Positions 58,309-64,000 of a DNA stretch of 64,000 nt are shown in pieces (position 1 is the stretch's first letter; every line of letters starts with the position of its first letter). The translations under genes and the position numbers were made by a program. Where the stretch lies: contig JAFGHI010000038.1 of assembly GCA_016930235.1 (NCBI GenBank), positions 34,211 to 98,210 on the forward strand, written 5' to 3'. The DNA comes from Candidatus Omnitrophota bacterium. GTDB lineage: Bacteria; Omnitrophota; Omnitrophia; Omnitrophales; Aquincolibacteriaceae. A model generated the notes under the pieces. It saw nothing but the letters and a program-made list of their open reading frames with translations, had not been told where the DNA came from and did not search any database.

Positions 58309-58704
58309 TCAGGAATGAGGCTGAATCTCCAAGGGCACATCCTGGCGAATCATCATCCACTGAATAATTGCGATCAAGTTCTCCTGGGAAATTGTTTTTC
58401 GAAGGCACAATTCCGCTCCCCGGGCGAGGATTTCCCCTCGGATTTCCATATCGTCATAGCCGGTTAAAACAATAATCGGGGGTTTTTCAAACTGCTCCAG
58501 ATGATTTAAAAAATCAATCCCTGTCATATCCTGAAGGAAATAATCTAAGAGGACTACATTGATTGACAGGTCTTTCTGTTGGAGAAATTTGATGCCGGAT
58601 TTCCCTGAACCCGCTTCCAAAACGCTGTAACCTTTTTTAACAAGTACACGGCTCAGAACATCGCGGTACCACTCATCATCATCAACCAATAAAATAGTTT
58701 TCAT
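58309..58704 (-). CDS. Single-domain response regulator (receiver)
   Basis: ILLVDDD, LLDY, LTG and a conserved Lys. Confidence 0.88.
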   Translation of the reverse strand: MKTILLVDDDEWYRDVLSRVLVKKGYSVLEAGSGKSGIKFLQQKDLSINVVLLDYFLQDMTGIDFLNHLEQFEKPPIIVLTGYDDMEIRGEILARGAELCLRKTISQENLIAIIQWMMIRQDVPLEIQPHS

Positions 58705-59990
58705 TACGCTACCCTCGAGACAGCAGAGTTGATCAATTTTTCATCGCCCTTTTCAAACGGCAGTTCCACCCGAAACTCGGCTCCTCCAGCTTCATGATTG
58801 CGGCAGGTAATCCTGCCGCCGCACTTCTCGACAATCCCCCGTGAAATCGACAAGCCGATTCCCGACCCTTCTGTTTTCTTCGTTGAAAAAAAGGGCTCGA
58901 ATAAACGCTCCTGGATTTCAGGAGGAATTCCCCTTCCGGAATCCCTGATCAGAACAACGGCCTTCTGCGCGTGAAGGATAACCCCAACATTGAGAGTGCC
59001 TTGGCCTTCCATGGCTTGCACTGCATTCCGGAATAAATTACGGAACACAATGATAAGCCCACAATCGAGAACGGATATGGGCCGGAGATAAAACGTCTTT
59101 TGGATTTGGACACCATTCGCAGACGCATCCGGAAAAACCAAACTCAGGCCTTCCTCAATCAGTTCATGTAATTCTCGAACCTTACGGACAGGCCTTGAAC
59201 CGTCCACGGCATACCGCAACAAACCCCGAATCACATGAATACTCCTGCGAATGCCTTCTTTTGCTTTTAAGAGATATTCCCGCGCAAGAGAATCTTCGGG
59301 GACTTGATCCAAAGCAAGATTCATGTAACGCCGAATAGCATCAAGAGGATTTCCCAATTCGTGCGCCAAATTGGCCGATAGCTTCCCCACATTGACATAA
59401 TGTTCCTGAGAGCATAATTCGCCCTCCAAGGCATGTATTTTTTTTTCAGATTTAAGATTTTTTTCTTCCACGCGCAGTCTTAATTTGAGATTCTCATACG
59501 CAACAGCAATCCACCGGCATATCATTTTTGAGCGACTGAAATCTTCTTCTGAAAAAGGTCCGAGATTCTTTTTCTCGGTGATATTCACGACACCTAAAAG
59601 TTTATTTCCCACCACAAGGGGAATGGCCATAAAAGAATCGGTCCGATAAACACCCGGCCTCTGGATATGCCGAACGCGTTCATCAAAGAGGCGGTCCTTC
59701 ACAAGAACCGACCTTCCCTCTTCACAGACCCACCCCAAAATCCCGCGCCGCAAGGGAACCCGAATATTCTGAAGACCGGAAAGATAAGGTCCGCGTGAAG
59801 ACACCAAAACCAAGGCTTTACTGGTTTCGTCCCAGATAAATAAAGATCCGGCATGGGCCCTGGCAACATGGAGAACGCTTTCTAGACCTTTTTGCACAAG
59901 TTGGACCGGCTCCTCAAAATCCCAGGAAGAAAAAAAAGATGGGTGAGACCGAATGGATGAAGAGCGAAATGCCTCTAACATTTTTCTCAT
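58704..59990 (-). CDS. GAF-domain sensor histidine kinase
   Basis: GAF domain, AHELGNPL H-box, NLFRNA, DSGRG, FEPFFSTK and GSGIGL. Confidence 0.92.
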   Translation of the reverse strand: MRKMLEAFRSSSIRSHPSFFSSWDFEEPVQLVQKGLESVLHVARAHAGSLFIWDETSKALVLVSSRGPYLSGLQNIRVPLRRGILGWVCEEGRSVLVKDRLFDERVRHIQRPGVYRTDSFMAIPLVVGNKLLGVVNITEKKNLGPFSEEDFSRSKMICRWIAVAYENLKLRLRVEEKNLKSEKKIHALEGELCSQEHYVNVGKLSANLAHELGNPLDAIRRYMNLALDQVPEDSLAREYLLKAKEGIRRSIHVIRGLLRYAVDGSRPVRKVRELHELIEEGLSLVFPDASANGVQIQKTFYLRPISVLDCGLIIVFRNLFRNAVQAMEGQGTLNVGVILHAQKAVVLIRDSGRGIPPEIQERLFEPFFSTKKTEGSGIGLSISRGIVEKCGGRITCRNHEAGGAEFRVELPFEKGDEKLINSAVSRVA

Positions 59991-60140
59991 CAGATGCCTC
60001 CGGCCTGCCGAGAAAATAGATTTTTGAAGGGGGTAAGATCATATAAAAAAGGAAGGCGGAGTGGCAATCAGGCAACTGCTTAAGAGCCCCTCCGATAAAC
60101 ACCTAATGGCTTATCAGATAAACCCTGAGTTTTTGGCTTT

Positions 60141-62879
60141 TTACTTGGAAGAACCTTGCGGAAGAATGTCCTGACAGGCAACAATGACGAGCGTCTCATT
60201 ATTCTCGCGAAAGATATCGAACGAACCGTCAATCATACTGGTTCGATACCTCATAATGCGAAGCCCCATCCCCTTTTTATCCTCGAAATCTTTGGGGAAT
60301 CCGACACCATTATCGGTGACCCTCAAAAAAATAACATTCTGATCACGGCTGAGTGAGATTTTAACCTTTTGGGCCGTTCCATGGCGAATGGCATTATGCA
60401 CAGCTTCTTGAGCAATCCGGTAAAGATGCGTCGCTGTTTCGTGGTTATACACAAGAATCGGCTTTTCGGACCCAAAAACACAGGCAACATGAAAGATCCT
60501 CTCGGTATCTCTTGCCAATTCCTGCAGCGCTGCCATCAACCCATTGTCCTCCAACTCAACAGGGTGAAGCCCGCGTGCCAAGGCCTTTGCCTGTGCCATC
60601 GCATCCTTCAGCAACTCTCCGATTTTAGAAACTTCTCCAGCTTCAGAATTTTTTTTCTCTTTCAGCCGTTGTTCAAGAACCGCGCACATGAACATCAATC
60701 CCGCTAAATGCTGCCCAAGACCGTCATGTAAATCCTGTCCAATACGGTGCTGTTCCCGGCTGCTGATTTCCAAGATATCTTTTTCCGTTTGCTTGCTTTC
60801 CGTAATATCCTGCAGAACTCCGATCATCCAAACGGGCTTACCTTCAACGTCAAAAGTCACTTCAGCCTGAGCATGCACAATCCGAACCGTCTCATCGGGT
60901 TGAACAGCACGATAATCAATTGCATAAGGTTTTCCCTCATAACAAGCCTCGTGAACGGCTCGCTTGACCAGCAACCGGTCATCGGGATGTACATGCGATA
61001 AGAAGGATTCAAAGCTCGCTTTGAATTCCTGAGGTTTGACTCCAAAAATTCTATAGATTTCGTCTGACCAGAAGATCTTATCTGACTGAATATCCCACGT
61101 CCAATTCCCGATATGAGCAATTCTCTGAGCATCGGCCAGGCGCGCTTCACTTTGACGCAAGTCTTCTTCGGCCTCTTTTCTTTCCTGGATCTCTTGATTC
61201 AATTGCTTGTTCACCTCAACCAATTCGGCAGTCCTTTCGGCAACATCCGACTCCAACTTGTCATGTGCCTTTTTCAGCTCCAACTCCATCTTCTTTCGCT
61301 CGGTAATATCGCGAAAAATCTCGAGTTTTGACACGGTCCCGTCCGGATTTTTTAAGGGCGTATCGATCAGGTCATACGTCTTCCCCGTTTTGGGTGACTG
61401 CCATTCCCAACGCACGGTTTGGCCCCTAAAAATCTCGGGCTGCTTACACCATGGACATGAGCTTTCACGGCCTTGAAAATACTCATAGCACTTCTTGCCT
61501 TGAATCTCACCATATTCGTTCTGAATCACGGGATTGGTATATTCCAAAGTGTAATCGGCATTTGCAATATAAACACCGTCCTGCACCGAATCGAGGATAT
61601 TGATCAAACGTTCTCTCTCTCGTGAAATCAATTCCTCTGCCTTTCTTCGTTCTGTAATGTCCACCGCAAAACCGATCACCCCTATAATATTACCCTCGCT
61701 GTCCCAGCAAGGCACTTTCGTGGTCTCGATCCAATTAACGCCATGAGCAGTCCGAAGCTTCTCAACAATATTGCGTTTGGGTTGTCCCGTCTTCATGACC
61801 TCTTTATCATCTCTCCAATAATCGGCCGCCTGTTCGGGCCAAAGCTCCGAGCAATTCTTCCCTTCAATCTGATCCTTTAACATCCCCATGTGTTCACCAA
61901 AATTTTTATTCACACGCAACATATTATTCTTGCAATCTTTATAAAAAATCATTGCGGGCACAGTATCAAGGATAAGCTCCTGCTCTTGCTGTTGACGCAA
62001 CAAATCAGCCTCGACACGTTTTTGTGCCGAAATGTCCGTTATGATACCCTGAATTGCTTTGTCCCCCTCGTAGTCCACCAATTTTGTTGCGATGAGCACA
62101 TCGATTTTCTTGCGTTTTTTCGTAACAATCGTGTACTCATAGGGTTCTACTTCGCGACCACTCAGGTGCTGACGGAAGCTCTTTTCAATCTTAGAACGAG
62201 ATTCGGGAGCAATCAGCCGCCGAAAATCAAAACGAGGGGAACAAAGCTGCCTAATGGAATACCCCATCACCTCTACGCACTTCTTATTGGCGTAAACAAT
62301 TATCCCGGCCTTGTTAATAAAAACCATATTGGGAAGCTGGTCCGCCAAGACCCTGAATTTTTCTTCACTTTCCTTTAAAGCCTCAACAGCTCTTTTTTGG
62401 GCTGTAACTTCTCTCCCAACCCCCTGGATCTCAACCAATCTCCCCTGCTTATCAAAAATACCCCTGTTGGCCCATTGTTCCCACCGGATATCTCCCTTCG
62501 CCGTCAAGATCCGCTGCTCATGAATGGCAACTGGATTTTTTCGACTCAACTTCGCGAGACGCTTTTTAACCTTCTGGCGGTCCTCTTCTAAGATATAGGG
62601 GAAAAAACTTTTTCCTACAACCTCCCTTGGTTTTTTCTTGATCGATTCACAGCAAGCCTTATTGACAAAGGTAATAATCCCTCCGGGTTTGAAGCGGCAA
62701 ACCATTTCGACCTGGCTATCCACAATCGCACGGTACCGGGCCTCGGAAGCGGCAAGTGCATCCTCAGCTCGCTTTTGGGATTCTCGTAGGACAGAGTACT
62801 CCTTAAGCTTTCTTTGAAGCGATTGGACTTTTCTCAACAACGGTGTATGTGCCTTCTTGGGCTGTCTCTTGGTTGCCAA
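60141..62879 (-). CDS. Cytoplasmic five-PAS sensor histidine kinase (HisKA_3 type)
   Basis: Five PAS/PAC units ending in D/E-I/V-T/S, DLHDGLGQ H-box, QEAVHNAIRH, DNGVG and GMGL; no TM segment. Confidence 0.92.
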   Translation of the reverse strand: MATKRQPKKAHTPLLRKVQSLQRKLKEYSVLRESQKRAEDALAASEARYRAIVDSQVEMVCRFKPGGIITFVNKACCESIKKKPREVVGKSFFPYILEEDRQKVKKRLAKLSRKNPVAIHEQRILTAKGDIRWEQWANRGIFDKQGRLVEIQGVGREVTAQKRAVEALKESEEKFRVLADQLPNMVFINKAGIIVYANKKCVEVMGYSIRQLCSPRFDFRRLIAPESRSKIEKSFRQHLSGREVEPYEYTIVTKKRKKIDVLIATKLVDYEGDKAIQGIITDISAQKRVEADLLRQQQEQELILDTVPAMIFYKDCKNNMLRVNKNFGEHMGMLKDQIEGKNCSELWPEQAADYWRDDKEVMKTGQPKRNIVEKLRTAHGVNWIETTKVPCWDSEGNIIGVIGFAVDITERRKAEELISRERERLINILDSVQDGVYIANADYTLEYTNPVIQNEYGEIQGKKCYEYFQGRESSCPWCKQPEIFRGQTVRWEWQSPKTGKTYDLIDTPLKNPDGTVSKLEIFRDITERKKMELELKKAHDKLESDVAERTAELVEVNKQLNQEIQERKEAEEDLRQSEARLADAQRIAHIGNWTWDIQSDKIFWSDEIYRIFGVKPQEFKASFESFLSHVHPDDRLLVKRAVHEACYEGKPYAIDYRAVQPDETVRIVHAQAEVTFDVEGKPVWMIGVLQDITESKQTEKDILEISSREQHRIGQDLHDGLGQHLAGLMFMCAVLEQRLKEKKNSEAGEVSKIGELLKDAMAQAKALARGLHPVELEDNGLMAALQELARDTERIFHVACVFGSEKPILVYNHETATHLYRIAQEAVHNAIRHGTAQKVKISLSRDQNVIFLRVTDNGVGFPKDFEDKKGMGLRIMRYRTSMIDGSFDIFRENNETLVIVACQDILPQGSSK

Positions 62880-62985
62880 TTTGATTCTCCTTTGAGGAGG
62901 CGGTAGTAATTATTATACCAAACAACAAATTATCTGTCTCAGGGGCTTTTTGAACTCAGATTGGAAGGATGACAAATTCCAGGGG

Positions 62986-63351
62986 TTATTCCCCCAAGAT
63001 AGGCTTGATATATCTCGAAATAAGAGTATCCAACGCAACGGGCTTGGTTAGATATTCGCAGGCACCGTATTCAATCGCCCGCTTCGCGATTTCGATATCG
63101 TGAAAACCCGTCATGACGACAATCACAAGATTGGGAAAACGGCTGACAACCTCTCTCATCACTTCAATACCGTCTTTACCCGGCATTCGGATATCCAAGA
63201 GGACCAAATGAGGAATAATCCTTTCGATCATTTCAAGACCGGCCTTGCCATCCAGCGCAAAGTAGGACTTGTATCCGGCTTCACGCAGACAATGACACAT
63301 AGACTCGCAAAGCTCAGGTTCGTCATCGATAATCAGGATCTTTTTGGACAT
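62986..63351 (-). CDS. Single-domain response regulator (receiver)
   Basis: ILIIDDE, LLDIRMPGKDG, MTG and KP; start trimmed to MSKKI. Confidence 0.9.
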   Translation of the reverse strand: MSKKILIIDDEPELCESMCHCLREAGYKSYFALDGKAGLEMIERIIPHLVLLDIRMPGKDGIEVMREVVSRFPNLVIVVMTGFHDIEIAKRAIEYGACEYLTKPVALDTLISRYIKPILGE

Positions 63352-63458
63352 CGTTCTCACCCTTTTTTGAGCACAAGAATACACCTACTATATCGGCGCA
63401 ATCTTGAAAAATCCTGAGCTACAAGAAGGAGGAAATGTTTGTCCTAAGAATAGGTTTT

Positions 63459-64000
63459 CTAGCCCTCTCCCAGGCAGGGGCAGGCCTTGGTCGGAGTTCC
63501 CCCGCAAGCGATCATTTTCTCAACCGCCCTCTCAGCCTTTACACGAATTTCGGGTGGAACCTTAACCACGTATTTCAATTCCCTCAAAGCATTGAGGACC
63601 TTGCCAAGGGTGGTCTTTTTCATATTATCGCAAATCGCATGTTCCGAAGCCGGCCAAAATTTCTTTTTGGGGTTATCCTTTTTTAACTTATGGAGCAGTC
63701 CCGTTTCAGTACCAATAATCATTTCATCAACCGAGCATCGCGCAGCAAAACGCAGCATCCCGCTTGTAGACGCCACTTCGTCCGCAAGCTCAATCACGTC
63801 CGGTAAACATTCGGGATGAACGATCACAACAGCTTTTGGGTGTTTCTCTTTTTGTTTTTTAAGATCCTCCGCACGAATCAGCGTATGCACATAGCAGTGC
63901 CCCTTCCAAAAAATCATTTCCCGACCCGTCATCTTCGAGGCATACCGACCCAAATTCATATCCGGCACAAAGATGGGGGGTCTATCCCCTTTCAGCGAAT
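63459..64000 (-). CDS. nadA: Quinolinate synthase, C-terminal part (5' end beyond the window)
   Basis: F.PD.NLG, W.G.CYVH, HPEC, STSGM, IGTE and C.NMK. Confidence 0.92.
   Translation of the reverse strand, partial: SLKGDRPPIFVPDMNLGRYASKMTGREMIFWKGHCYVHTLIRAEDLKKQKEKHPKAVVIVHPECLPDVIELADEVASTSGMLRFAARCSVDEMIIGTETGLLHKLKKDNPKKKFWPASEHAICDNMKKTTLGKVLNALRELKYVVKVPPEIRVKAERAVEKMIACGGTPTKACPCLGEG

Noticed and set aside
58157-58408. N-terminal extension of the LuxR regulator (312-aa ORF)
   Set aside because: It overlaps the upstream receiver gene and looks non-coding; a start near 58156 fits the family. The long starts of pfkB, rfaE2, aroQ, queE and lipA were trimmed for similar reasons.
59995-60135. 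c-di-GMP riboswitch in the kinase intergenic region
   Set aside because: I could not recognise a GEMM-type two-hairpin consensus.

Overview
This is a bacterial chromosome segment with almost all genes on the minus strand. Gene content and the giant-gene style suggest Candidatus Omnitrophota (PVC superphylum); this is an inference. The main feature is missing from the ORF track: one uninterrupted minus-strand reading frame from an ATG at 17857 running off the left edge (at least 5,952 codons). My manual translation shows, in order: a Sec-type signal peptide, an EreA/ChaN/TIKI-like domain, two RSE[VL]R motifs, hydrophobic helices flanking a RAPP motif, a Pro/Glu linker, a JAB/MPN-like HxHP..PSxxD motif, a novel ~80-98 aa repeat, and six TolC-like half-repeats in two triplets split by a TPR-like region. 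The rest is mostly housekeeping: tRNA-Gly, pfkB kinase, thiD2/thiE, rfaE2, gmhA, pfk, accBC, aroQ, rarA, thrS-infC-rpmI-rplT-pheS-pheT, two Hsp20s, tRNA-Val, rdgB, rph, queCE, murI, lipA, nnrE and miaB. An accessory block follows with a B12 radical SAM enzyme, HD-GYP protein, interrupted SGNH hydrolase, Ni/Co transporter, arsM, two-component genes and a partial nadA. Smaller oddities are an in-frame palindromic heptamer insert in miaB, a lysine-free lipoyl domain beside lipA, tandem STAS-PilZ genes and a candidate sRNA. All domain calls come from reading motifs by eye; no database searches were run.
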